A stretch of DNA of 63,731 nucleotides, filler included, from Octopus bimaculoides (GCF_001194135.2; 6 parts of 6 records of this genome joined end to end with filler, not necessarily neighbours in it); one strand, 5' to 3'. Counted from the first letter of the whole stretch, positions 52,492 through 63,731 are shown. Program-made: numbers and translations. The notes: generated by a model from the sequence alone, not told the origin.

Positions 52492-52987
52492 CATATGGTA
52501 ATGAACGTTTGTGGTGATAAAAATCATGGAAACAAATACTTTTTCCATCAATTTGGTAATTAATAAAATCATGTCCATGAATGATTTCCATATGAAAATA
52601 ACGAATTAAAAACTAAGATAATGGAAATTTGTAGGGGTCTGCCCACACATATTGACTGATGCTGAAGAAAATGAGTCTGTATATTCTGCAGCAATAATCT
52701 CCACACTTCAAAGAAAAAAAATTTGACCCTACTACATATGTTCCTGCAAATTCGCATTTTTCTGGCTTGTAATTTCATTTGAGGTAAAACCAGTGGAAAT
52801 TTTTTCCAAGGAAAAATTTAGCTTTATATAAAATTCTGTTTTTAGGTTTATTTTTTAGCAAAAATAATTCACCATATTGAAAAGCAAAGCCTGTACAGCA
52901 GAATATTACTGTGAAGAGAGACTACATCTAAGAGAGAAAGTGGTGCCAATTTAAATGAATTTAATGCAGAGTATGGATTGGCCTAAT
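52492..52987 (-). pseudogene. Two relic exons (52987-52873, 115 nt, phase 1-2; 52743-52492, 252 nt, phase 2-2)
   Basis: tgtag|AT *ANPYSALNSFKLAPLSLLDVVSLHSNILLYRLCFSI TG|gtgaat; tttgcag|G NICSRVKFFFFEVWRLLLQNIQTHFLQHQSICVGRPLQISIILVFNSLFSYGNHSWT*FY*LPN*WKKYLFP*FLSPQTFITI TG|gtaaac. Confidence 0.6.
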
Positions 52988-53284
52988 CTACAATTTGCCG
53001 CATCATCATCATCATCACCATTTTAATGTCCACTTTTCTATGCTCACATGGGTCAGATTGGATTTGTTGTGGTGGATATTCTATGGCTAGCTGCTTTTCT
53101 GTCATCAACCCTCACTTGATTCAAATTAAGGTGATGTTTCCCTATGACTAGGCATAGCTTTATAGAAAACTGGAAATGAAGAACATTGCTTGCATGACAA
53201 TAGCACATGCTCACAACTACCATGCAAATTTCAAAGGTTGAATTGTTGAGAACAATACTGTCTAGAATTGTGGTAGTAAGTTAC

Positions 53285-53492
53285 TCTGGATATTTTCCTT
53301 AAAAAAAAAAAAAGAGACTCAAGTACTTTTACTTTAATTGTTTCATCTACAGTAGCAGAAAATCTTGATGTTCCTCCAACAGAAGAAGGGTTTTCTCTTT
53401 AGAGACTTATAAGAGATAACTTCCTTTCTCCTCCACCCCAATAATTTTCTCCTTTCCTGCCACCTTGCTGCCTTTCATTTTACTTCAACAAC
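53285..53492 (-). pseudogene. Probable relic exon
   Basis: tttgacag|GT C*SKMKGSKVAGKEKIIGVEEKGSYLL*VSKEKTLLLLEEHQDFLLL*MKQLK*KYLSL..|gtaact. Confidence 0.5.
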
Positions 53493-54239
53493 CTGTCAAA
53501 CTCAGGTGAGAAATTTTGAGATTTTTACAATGTTTCATTCTTTTAATTAGCTCGAGTTTTTCTTTTTAAGTTTAATTATTCATTCCTCCATTTTGCAGAT
53601 TATTTATGATTTTATAATACCTTTAATATTTCATTTTAATGTCTATTAGGTTTTATATCTTTATAAGAGAGATATCTTTAAAATGAAGTGTAGAATTATT
53701 TATTTATTGTTACTGTTTATTCATATTATTTAATATTGTAATATCATTACTGCTTTTTATTATATTTATATTTATTTTATATTATATTATATATTACATT
53801 ATATTGTATTTTATATTATATCAGTTTTATATATGTTTAAAGGAGTGTTTTGAATATAGATTTTTGATCTTGATTGAGGTTTTGAAATGAATTTTCCCTA
53901 AATACAAATATTCTAATTGATGTGTTCATGTTTATGAGTCAAATTAGATTCATCACTGCAAGGTAACTAAAAGCTAACTATAACCATCACTCAAAAATAA
54001 GGAAGACTTTGTAGTACGTACTATGCTTTTGCTATTTGCTTCCAGTGCTCAAGTTGTTGCAAGCGGACACTGACCCCTCTTGCCTCCAGCCTTGAAACAG
54101 CAGAACATCTAGGATACTAGGAGACAACAACTTAGAGAGAGAAGGCTGCAACAGTACTGGGTTTGTTTGTACATTATTTATTGAACATAGAGCACCAGAA
54201 AAAATATCACAAAGCATTCTATCTGCTGATATACTAATG

Positions 54240-55895
54240 ACTCTACAAACTGGCTGTTTTACCAAAGAGTAAACTGTTTACACCAGTTTATTCTAGGGAC
54301 TTCTCAAAATCCACAAAAATAAAACAGCTAATGATGCCTGCAGAGAATTATACTTAGTCTGCATAAACATGCCCTCTCTGGGATCTCAAATTAAGATCAA
54401 TTGTGGCAGGTTCAGCCTGTGATTTCTCACAGACTTAGCAACTTCCTTGTCACACTGTTAAAATCTCTCTTAAAATTTATACCAAATTTCATAAGAGATG
54501 AGCTAGATCTATTAAACCATCTTCTGAAAAAGTTAACAGGAATACTATAATTGCTTCATTTGATATAGTAAATCTTTATACTACCATCCTGCATGAGTAC
54601 AGACTAGTGGCAATGACTTTTCAGCTAAGAAAATTTCCCTATGAAATTCCAAATGGAGGGATTAAAATTCCTCCTTCAAACAATTTCTTCATTTTCGAAA
54701 AAAAGACTTACCAACAAATATCTGGGGCTGTGATGGTTCCAGAAGTTGCCCCAACATATGTCAACTTAGTCATGGCATATTTAAAAGTCTAGATGTATGA
54801 ACAAGCCAAAACAATGAATGGTATCATCTTACAAAATTATCTGGTGAAAAATTGGAAATGATACCTGGATGACTGCTTTATTCTGTGGATATACAGCTTA
54901 GATGAACTCAATGATTTCAAATTCCTTCCCAATAGTGTCAATAATAGTATTCAGTTTACTATGAATTTTAGCCATAACTAACTACAATTCTCAGACACTT
55001 TGATTATTAAGAATGACACAAGTATAGAAACCAACATCTACTACAAACCAATGAACTCTAAACAGTAACTACTATTTACTTCATGCCACCCAAAACATAC
55101 CAAATCCAATATTTCATTTAACTTGGCGAGAAGAATCTGAACAATTGTCTTCAATCTGGAAGTTCAGTACAAAAGACTCCTTGAATTAATACAGGTGCTA
55201 CTTGAAAGACAGTACCAGTCTACTCTAACAGAGAATGGAATAGAACGTGCCAAAGTAATAAACAGTGAAAAATTATGGAAAGCCAATAACGGTTCAGACA
55301 TACCCAAAACTATCTTTAATCATAACACACAACCCAAGAGACAGAAATATTTGGCATTATCCTCAGCTTTATTGAGCAAAAAAAGAAAAGGGCACTCAAA
55401 TCATACAAAATAAGCAAATGCAAAAGACAACCAAAATATCTAAAAAAAAAACATTCTTGCCAACACAAAACTACCAACTATGGACTCAACACAAACAGTT
55501 TAAAAGTGTGGCTGATCTAATTGTAGAACTTGTGACAACCTTATTGAGGACACACAAATTTAAATCAGAACAAGCTTTTACTGTGAAAACCATTTTACTT
55601 GTTCTTCGAAGAATTTAATATACATCATCAAATATAATGGATATCAGGAAGATGACATTGGACAAACAACTTACTTTAAGAATGAGATTAACAATTCATT
55701 GTCAACAAATATGAGATCACAGGAGTCAACAAATTCTATTTAGTGAACATCTGAACACATGAATGAAAATCAAATCTCCCAACTTTCTTGTTTTCCCACT
55801 CAATCAATGTCTAAAAATACCACAGATCAAAGAAAAATAATTAAGGAAAATTCCTTTATTAAAAATACAAGCCATGGTTGAACAGACTATAAAAA
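54240..55895 (+). mobile_element. Decayed PLE, same lineage as 4248-6425
   Basis: LLKIHK; LRSIVAG; IRDELDLLNHL; IASFDIVNLYTTI; KTYQQISGAVM..EVAPTYVNLVMAYL; NWK*YLDDCFILW; SCHPKHTKSNISFNLARRI; RLTIHCQQI; KYKPWLN. Confidence 0.88.
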
Positions 55896-56046
55896 ACATC
55901 AGTAATACACATTTTGCCTTTTCCTCAAATTAATTATTGTAGAAATATATTATGTATGTCTTCCTGCACACATTCTTAAGAAAGCCAAAATTAATGTAGC
56001 AACAATCATCTACCTTATATACACCACACCTCATTATCTTAATTAC

Positions 56047-56245
56047 CCCACACCTTGTAAACAAAGAAGAGGTGTTTTAACATGTTCAATGAGAGTGAAC
56101 GAGCACTAATTGATGATATTATTCTTTGTCAGAATAATAACCAATAACTATTTATAACACTTTTATGTCAACAATTATTATATTCTTTAAACTAAAGGCA
56201 AATTTCAGTCTTTATTATCCCTGACATAAAGCAAGAGAGAAAATG
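56047..56245 (-). pseudogene. Probable relic exon (199 nt, phase 0-1)
   Basis: tattttacag|HFLSCFMSGIIKTEICL*FKEYNNC*HKSVINSYWLLF*QRIISSISARSLSLNMLKHLFFVYKVW G|gtaatt. Confidence 0.45.
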
Positions 56246-56929
56246 CTGTAAAATAGATGCTACTTATATCTCTCTTTTTTTTTTAACAGTCATATGATAT
56301 ATGCAATGGACAATAGCTTTTATGTGACCTTCTCATGCAACTGTCATATGAGCTTAACACATGAATGTCGAGAAATCAATTTGTACCTTAACGGATAGCA
56401 TTCTAAACCACCATTCTTTCTTTAAAAACTAACAACTTTAAAAACAATGGCCAGAATAGACATAATTTGCGACACAACTGCATATACTATTCACTTTTTT
56501 GAAGATCTAATGTGGAACCGGTTAAGGGTATTCATATATTTTAAAATCTTATTAAATTCTAATTAATTGTGGTATATTTTCTCCATACATTTTCAACTTC
56601 ATCTTTTCTATACTTCCACTTGATTGGATTAATAATAATTTATATCGATATATATATATATTTGTTTGTTAATTTATATATTACTTTTCCCATGCCAGCA
56701 TAGATTAAATGAATATATTACTGAGGAATTGTTTTACAGTTTGATGTTCTATGAGTGGTGAATCAATACTTGTTTTCCAAGTAAGGGATCTCTCATTTCT
56801 TACATTTTCAAAGGAACAAAACCAGTGAACAACATGATGACAGGGGAAATGCAATCAATATCAGTGCATGACTGCATGTAGGTCAGAAATTTTGGGAGAA
56901 ACAGAAATGTAAATATATATCATATAAAC

Positions 56930-57104
56930 ACAGACATGGCTTTGTGGTAAGAAACTTGTTTTCCAACCACATGGTTCCAAGTTCAGTCTCACTGCATGGA
57001 ACATTGAGCAAGTGTCTTCTATTATAGCCTTGGGCTGACCAAAGCCTTGTGAGTGGATTTGGTAGACAGAAACTGAAAGAAGCCAGTTGTTTTTTTATAT
57101 ATAT

Positions 57105-57145
<41 letters not shown>

Positions 57146-57345
57146 TCTGTGTTTGTACCTCCTGTCACTGCTTGATAACTGGTGATGGTGTGTTTATGTC
57201 CCTGTAACTTAGTGGTTCAGCAAAAGACATTAATAGAATAAGTACTAGGCTTTAAAAATAGGCCTCGGGGTCAATCTGTTCGGCTAAAAACCTTTAAGGC
57301 AGTGCTCCAGCATGGCCACAGTCAAATGACTGAAACAAGTAAAAG
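56930..57345 (+). mobile_element. Complete bipartite E/D SINE with internal (TA)/(GT)n
   Basis: E head+core 56930-57090, microsatellite 57095-57150, D module 57150-57345 ending gactgaaacaagtaaaaga. Confidence 0.85.
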
Positions 57346-57769
57346 ATATATATATGTTTGTATATATGTACACACACACACACATATATTTGTATCTAGA
57401 TGCATATATATATATATATATATATATACTCTACCATCCCATTTATATTCTGGTCCCCATACCGTGAGGGTATGCCCTGGCATTTCACCACCATCTCTCT
57501 TCCACTCTCTCACTCTCTTCCTATGACTGGGTAACCATGTATCTCCTCTACAGCAACACATCTGTTTTTGACCTCATTCTTGATCTCTCCTATCCCCACC
57601 CCTCTCTCTCTCTCTTGCTTCTCCCTCTGACTGGGTAACCCTGCATCTTCTCTAGAGCAAGACACATATTTCTATCTCTTTGTCACAATAGCCTCTCATT
57701 ACCTGGCACAAAGCCACATCCTCCAATGCCCCTCCTCTCAAAGGATCTTTGTCATGCAAGTTACTTGAT

Positions 57770-58053
57770 GACCTCACCAGTGTTGGTGCATCCAGTTCAC
57801 ACTATAAAGTGGTTGGTGTTTGTAAGGGCATCCAGCTGTAAAACCCATGCCAAAACAGACGTCACCAGTACTGGTGCCACGTAAAAAGCACTTGGTCCAC
57901 TCTGTAAAGTGGTTAGTGTTAGGAAGGGCATCCAGCTGTAAAAGCCCTGGCAAAATAGACAGTGAGGTCTGGTGTAGTCTCCTGCCTAGCCAGCCCCTGT
58001 CAAACCATCCAACTCATGCCAGCATGGTAAACGGACATTGAATGATGATGACA

Positions 58054-58055
<2 letters not shown>
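57770..58055 (+). mobile_element. RTE 3'-UTR-derived repeat
   Basis: ggtgccacgtaaaaagcac...ggaagggcatccagctgtaaaa...ccatccaactcatgccagcatgg...gatgatgac. Confidence 0.75.
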
Positions 58056-58107
<52 letters not shown>

Positions 58108-58266
58108 TCATCTGCAACTCTGACAGATAGCACAAACTTTCTGTGACACACTCTCTCTCTCTACATNNNNNNNNNNNNNNNNNNNNNNNNNNNNNNNNNN
58201 NNNNNNNNNNTTAATTAATTAANNNNNNNNNNNNNNNNNNNNNNNNNNNNNNNNNNNNNNNNNNNN

Positions 58267-60256
58267 TTGTCCTTAGTATGAACGTACGTACGCCAGTTCG
58301 AGCCTAGAGCAACGGAACTTCCCCCGTGGCCCTTGGCCTGAACGTACCTACGCCCGTTCGAGCCAAGAGCTACGGAACTTCGTCCGTTGCCCTTGGCCTG
58401 CATGTACGTACGCCCGTTCTAGCAAAGTGCTACGTAACATCGTCCGTTGCACTTGGCCTGAACGTGCGTACGCTCGTTCTGCCGGAGAGCTTCGGAGCTT
58501 CATCCGTTGCTCTTGTTTTCAACGTACGCTCGTTCTGCCAAAGAGCTACGGAGCTTCGTCCGTTGCTCTTGCCTCAACGTTCGCCCGTTGTGTCGAAGGG
58601 CTACGGAGCTTTTTCCGTTGCTCTTGCCTCAACATACGACCGTTCTGTCGAAGCGCTACCGAGCTTCGTCCATTGCTCTTGCCTCAACGTACCCCCGTTC
58701 TGTCGATGAGTTAAGGAGCTTCGTCCGTAGCTCTTGCCTCAACGTCCGCCCGTTCTGTCGAAGAGCTACGGAGCTTCGTCCGTTGCTCTTGTCCTGAACG
58801 TACGTAGGCCCGTTCGAACCAAGTGCTACTGAACTTCGTCCGTTGCCCTTGGCATGATCGTACGTACGCCCGTTCGAGCCAAGTGCTACGGAACTTCGTC
58901 CGTTGCGCTTGGCCTGAACGTACTTACGCCCGTTGGAGCCAAGAGCTACGGGACTTCGTTCGTTACTCATGGCCTGAAGGTACGTACGGCCGTTCGAGCC
59001 AAGTGATACGGAACTTCGTCCGTTGCCCTTGGCTTGAACGTACGTACGCCCGTTCGGGCCAAGAGCTACGGAACTTCGTCCGTTGCCCTTGGCTTGAACT
59101 TACGTACGCACGTTCGAGCCAAGGGCTACGGAACTTCATCCGTTGCCCTTGGCCTGAACGTACGTACGCCCGTTCGAGCCAAGAGCTACGGAACTTCGTC
59201 CGTTGCCCTTGGCCTGAATATACATACGCCCGTTCGAGCTAAGAGCTACGCAAATTCGTCCGTTGCCCTTGGCCTGAACGTACGTACGCCCGTTCGAGCC
59301 AAGAGCTACGGAACTTCGTCCGTTACCCTTGGCCTGAACGTACGTACGCCCGTTCGAGCCAAGTGCTACGGAACTTCGTCCGTTGCACTTGGCCTCAATG
59401 TAAGTACGCCATTTTGAGCCAAGAGCTACGGAACTTCGTCCGTTGCCCTTGGCCTGAACATACATACGCCCGTTCGAGCCAAGAGCTACGCAAATTCGTC
59501 CGTTGCCCTTGGCCTGAACGTACGTACGCCAGTTTGAGTAAAGAGCTACGGAACTTCGTCCGTTGCCTTTGGCCTGATCGAACGTACGCCCGTCCAAGCC
59601 ATGAGCTACAGAATTTCGTCCGTTGTCCTTAGTATGAACGTACGTACGCCAGTCCGAGCCAAGAGTAACAGAACTTCGTCCGTGGGCCCTTGGCCTGAAC
59701 GTACCTACGCCCGTTCGAGCCAAGAGCTACGGTACTTCATCCGTTGCCCTTGGCCTGAACGTACGTACGCCCATTCGAGCCAAGAGCTAGGGAAATTCGT
59801 CTGTTGCCCTTGGCCTGAATGTACGTACGCCCGTACGAGCCAAGAGCTACGGAACTTCGTTCATTGCTCTTGGCCTGAACGTACGTAGGCCCATTCGAGC
59901 CAAGAGCTAGGGAAATTCGTCTGTTGCCCTTGTCCTGAACGTACGTACGCCCGTACGAGCCAAGAGCTAGGGAAATTCGTCTGTTGCCCTTGGCCTGAAC
60001 CTACGTACGGCCGTTCGAGCCAAGAGCTACGAAACTTCGTCCTTTGCCCCTTGCCTGAACCTACGTACGCCCGTTCGAACCAATAGCTACGGAACTTCGT
60101 TCGTTGCCCTTGGTCTGCATGTACGTACGCCCGTTCTAGCAAAGTGCTACGTAACATCGTCCGTTGCACTTGGCCTGAACGTGCGTACGCTCGTTCTGCC
60201 GGAGAGCTACGGAGCTTCATCCGTTGCCCTTGTTTTCAACGTACGCTCGTTCTGCC
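58267..60256. repeat. GC-rich 60-bp palindromic tandem array (~33 monomers, some ~54 bp), gap-bounded
   Basis: Consensus tacgtacgcc-cgttcgagccaagagctacgga-acttcg-tccgttgcccttggcctgaacg repeats at exact 60-bp register (e.g. 59041-59520). Confidence 0.97.
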
Positions 60257-60584
60257 NNNNNNNNNNNNNNNNNNNNNNNNNNNNNNNNNNNNNNNNNNNN
60301 TTAATTAATTAANNNNNNNNNNNNNNNNNNNNNNNNNNNNNNNNNNNNNNNNNNNNTAACCCTTAATAAAATATGGGAAAAGCTGGAGATGAATGTTTTG
60401 AAAACATTCTGAACTATCTTTCAGAATGGTTTACTTTTCAATGAAATGTCATTTTGTTATTTTTCATGTTTTTATTCAATTAATCTGCAATTTTCTTCTT
60501 GTATTAGATGGATAACCCACCCTCCATTTACAGCAAGTAGCGAGCGTCTCGTTTTTTACCTGTGTGCTAAATTTGACTACTTAC

Positions 60585-60846
60585 GACTAACACGGGCACA
60601 TGCGCAAATTTGTGACATGCATACTCCCAGAACTCGGATCCACACTTCTCCAGTAGTGCCAAATTTTGAAACTGAGTTTGCACTCCCTAAGCAAATTTTG
60701 TTCCCGGGCCACTGATGATGTGTAAGAGTCCATAAATACATGTATCTCAGTCTGATGACATCATCGATAGCTGAACACAACTTCACACATGCTGCCTAAG
60801 AGGAGAAATTTCCCCAAAGATTAATTCGATAGTGACAGCTCTTACC
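60585..60846 (-). pseudogene. Candidate 5' coding exons of the minus-strand gene relic in a local CpG-rich patch
   Basis: caaacATG|gtaaga (60846), 50-nt intron, tttctcctcttag|AACVKLCSAIDDVIRLRYMYLWTLTHHQWPGNKICLGS...RVS C|gtaagt (211 nt, open). Confidence 0.45.
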
Positions 60847-61234
60847 ATGTTTGAGCATATACAAATGTATTAAATATCACTGTACAAACATATATTTTAT
60901 TCAAGACTGCTTTGTATAACTACTTATAAATATGTTCACACATCAGGGAGATAACAATTGTGTGTGTGTCTGTGTGTATGTGTGATCATTATTTGATGTT
61001 CACTTTTCCATGCTTGCATGGGTCAGACAAAATTTGTTCAGGTAGATTTTTTATGGTTAGATACACTTCCTGTTACCAACTCTATCCAGTTTTCAAGTAA
61101 GGTAATATTTCTTATAGCTAGGATATGGTTTCCATGAAAGACTGGAAATGAAGAAGCAAACACACAAATATTGTTACATAAAACAGACAAATGTACAGAA
61201 TGACACAATGTACACACACACATATAAACATCAT

Positions 61235-61905
61235 TTGTTTTAGTCGTTTGACTGTGGCCATGCAGGGGGACTGCCTTGAAGGGCTTTAATCAAACAAATT
61301 GACACCATGACTTACTTTTTTATATCTAGTACTTATTCTATCAGTCTCTATTGCCAAATTGCTAAGTTATAGGGATGTAAACACACCAATACCAGTTGTT
61401 AAGCAGATGTGGGCAACAAACACATACACAAAGTCACACACACATATATAAATATGACAAGCTTCTATCAGTTTCCATCTACCAAATCCACTCACAAGAC
61501 TTTGGTTTGTCCGAGGCTATAGAAGAAGGCACTTGCCCATGTTGTCATGTAGTGGGGCTGAATCCATAACCATGTGGCTGAGAAGCAAGCTTTTAACCAC
61601 ACAGCCATGCCTGCACTTATATATATATATATCGTTTGTAAAAAATATAAATCTGAAAAAAGAAGGACACTCTAAGGTGTAGAGCAGTACAAATGAACTC
61701 TTTTACTTGTTTCACTCATTTGACTGCGGCCATGCTAGAGCACTGCCTATAGTCGAGCAAATCGACCCCAGGACTTATTCTTTGTAAGCCTAGTACTTAT
61801 TCTATCAGTCTATTTTGCTGAACCGCTAAGTTATGTGGACGTAAACGCACCAGCATCAGTTGTCAAGCGATGTTTGGGGGGGGGGCAAACACAAACACAT
61901 ATACA
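61235..61905 (-). mobile_element. E/D SINE plus a younger D module
   Basis: D 61240-61440, E 61455-61620, second CpG-retaining D 61705-61900. Confidence 0.82.
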
Positions 61906-61915
61906 CACACATACA

Positions 61916-61951
<36 letters not shown>

Positions 61952-61952
61952 T

Positions 61953-62221
61953 ATTTGAAGAAAAGCAACAAAAATGTATTAGGTCATAGCAGTACGTATG
62001 TTTCGTACAAGCTTCATTTATTTATGTAGTGAGAACACCACATAAGATGTACAATGAAATTGTACTCCTCAGCTGCATAATGGAAGTTCATTTCAGAAAG
62101 CTGTTTTGTGAATGTGTGCAAATACATGAGGAGATGAAGAGAATAACATCTTGACTGGGCTGATAATCAACAGTCTACATACTGCTATGACCTAATACAC
62201 TTTTGTTGCTTTTCTTCAAAT
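61953..62221. repeat. 46-bp inverted repeats (2 mismatches) around a ~177-bp unique spacer, MITE-like
   Basis: atttgaagaaaagcaacaaaaatgtattaggtcatagcagtacgta (61953-61998) vs the reverse complement of 62176-62221. Confidence 0.88.
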
Positions 62222-62374
62222 TTAATTCACCTAATCTCTTGATTTTGCTTTTGGATTTTACCCTACCAAATGCTGGTGCCTCAAACATTTTAAGTACCAC
62301 ATTCAATATTTTGACTGAATCTATATCTATATATATATATATTATTATGATTGACCGTTGACTGAACACTATTC

Positions 62375-62537
62375 AATTTTTTTTCTCCGTGTTTTTCTCC
62401 TTGTCTCCGTATTCTTTCTGTTGAAGAGCGTAGCTCGAAACGTCAAAGACTTTCCGTATTCCCGAGCGTCATACTAATATATACTTTTGTTATTTACACC
62501 ACCTGTCCTCGTCTGTTGTTATTTTTTGTATATTCTC

Positions 62538-62550
<13 letters not shown>
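62375..62550 (+). mobile_element. PLE pseudo-LTR-like unit carrying a minimal hammerhead-like motif
   Basis: tcttt-ctg-ttgaaga-gcgtagctc-gaaacgtc-aaaga, then a T-rich tract ending in (TA)n. Confidence 0.55.
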
Positions 62551-62570
<20 letters not shown>

Positions 62571-62670
62571 NNNNNNNNNNNNNNNNNNNNNNNNNNNNNN
62601 NNNNNNNNNNNNNNTTAATTAATTAANNNNNNNNNNNNNNNNNNNNNNNNNNNNNNNNNNNNNNNNNNNN

Positions 62671-62704
<34 letters not shown>

Positions 62705-63399
62705 TACTTTATTATCATATTAAGGCTATCATTGGTTTTGTGTTAAGAAAATCAATTTTAATCCAAAATGGAGACGAACACCAATTTCTCCATGTGATCA
62801 GCTTGAAAAATTGTTGAGATATTAAAATATTTCCTTCACATGAAACCAATGGTAGCCTTAATACACAAATAAAGGATCTTTGTCCACTCATTTTCATTGC
62901 TCTACATTACGTATTTATGTGTGTGTGTATGTATTGAAATATATGAATATATCTATCTATCTAAATATATATATACATACATACATGCATACATATATGT
63001 GTGTATTTTGTATATATATATATATATACATACACAGCAGTATGTTCTAAGCTTGACACAATCTATAGAGCAATAGACGAAATGCCTTGCAGTATGTAGT
63101 TATGAACCTTTAAATTTTGAATTAAAATCCCCATTGAGGGAACTCAATAAAATAATGTACTAGTCAATTACTGGGACAATGTAATTCCCATCAAATATGT
63201 GGCCTTGTGCTCATACTAGAAATCAATAAATATGGATGCTGATTCCAATTTCTAAAAATTTGATGATGGTGAGGCCTCAGAGGCGAGGTAGATGGCACAT
63301 GATAGAAATATAATACTAGTCAAGTTTCTTTAAAGAGCCTGCTGACAACATTTTTCAAACAATATTTAGATAACCTGTCTATTGAACACAATAAAGGCC

Positions 63400-63404
63400 T
63401 ATGA

Positions 63405-63455
<51 letters not shown>

Positions 63456-63527
63456 AAGATATATTATATATACATATATATACACACACACAAATATATA
63501 CATATATGTGTGTGTGTGTGTATGTGC

Positions 63528-63562
<35 letters not shown>

Positions 63563-63731
63563 CATGTATATATGTATTTGTGTATATATATTTTTATACC
63601 CTAGTCACTCCACTTTTATAAACTTTAATCCAAATCAAAAGATTTACATAAATGTACATATTTGTAAATAATATATATATATAAATATATGTATATGTAT
63701 GTATATATATGTATATGTATGTATATATATG
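63400..63731. repeat. TA/TG-rich compound microsatellite
   Basis: Interrupted (TA)n, (TG)n, (TATG)n. Confidence 0.9.

Noticed and set aside
53353-53505. Plus-strand 153-nt exon candidate with good splice sites (AENLDVPPTEEGFSL*RL...), and a similar one at ~52635-52770
   Set aside because: Both overlap minus-strand relic exons that fit the phase chain. Most likely antisense shadows, though not excluded.
56388-56524. TTAA-flanked 137-bp segment suggestive of a piggyBac MITE
   Set aside because: Terminal inverted similarity is only a few bases, and TTAA is common in this AT-rich DNA.
58326-60220. Repeat-protein ORFs in the 60-bp array; CRISPR-like appearance
   Set aside because: Open frames follow from the 60-bp period and GC content and are interrupted in every frame. 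Linkers are repeated rather than unique spacers, and there are no cas genes.

Overview
Repeat-dense, AT-rich eukaryotic scaffold segment with many N gaps. The SINE, LINE and microsatellite content points to an octopus-type cephalopod genome (inference). No intact protein-coding gene is recognisable, and nearly all long ORFs in the track are microsatellite, gap or satellite artefacts. Supported content: (i) three decayed Penelope-like elements (PLEs) from two lineages plus a small endonuclease fragment; (ii) R4/Dong-like, CR1/L2-like and RTE LINE fragments; (iii) several tRNA-headed SINE families, including a ~9-copy head-to-tail array; (iv) a multi-exon minus-strand gene relic (~37.7-60.8 kb) whose exons keep GT-AG sites and compatible phases but carry >15 stops and frameshifts, lying in a CpG-depleted domain. 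The most unusual structures are a near-canonical hammerhead ribozyme at 28152-28210 (-), a second minimal hammerhead-like motif at 62413-62449, five long inverted repeats/foldbacks, and a GC-rich 60-bp tandem array (58267-60256) whose monomer is a 50-bp imperfect palindrome with co-varying stem positions and higher-order structure.
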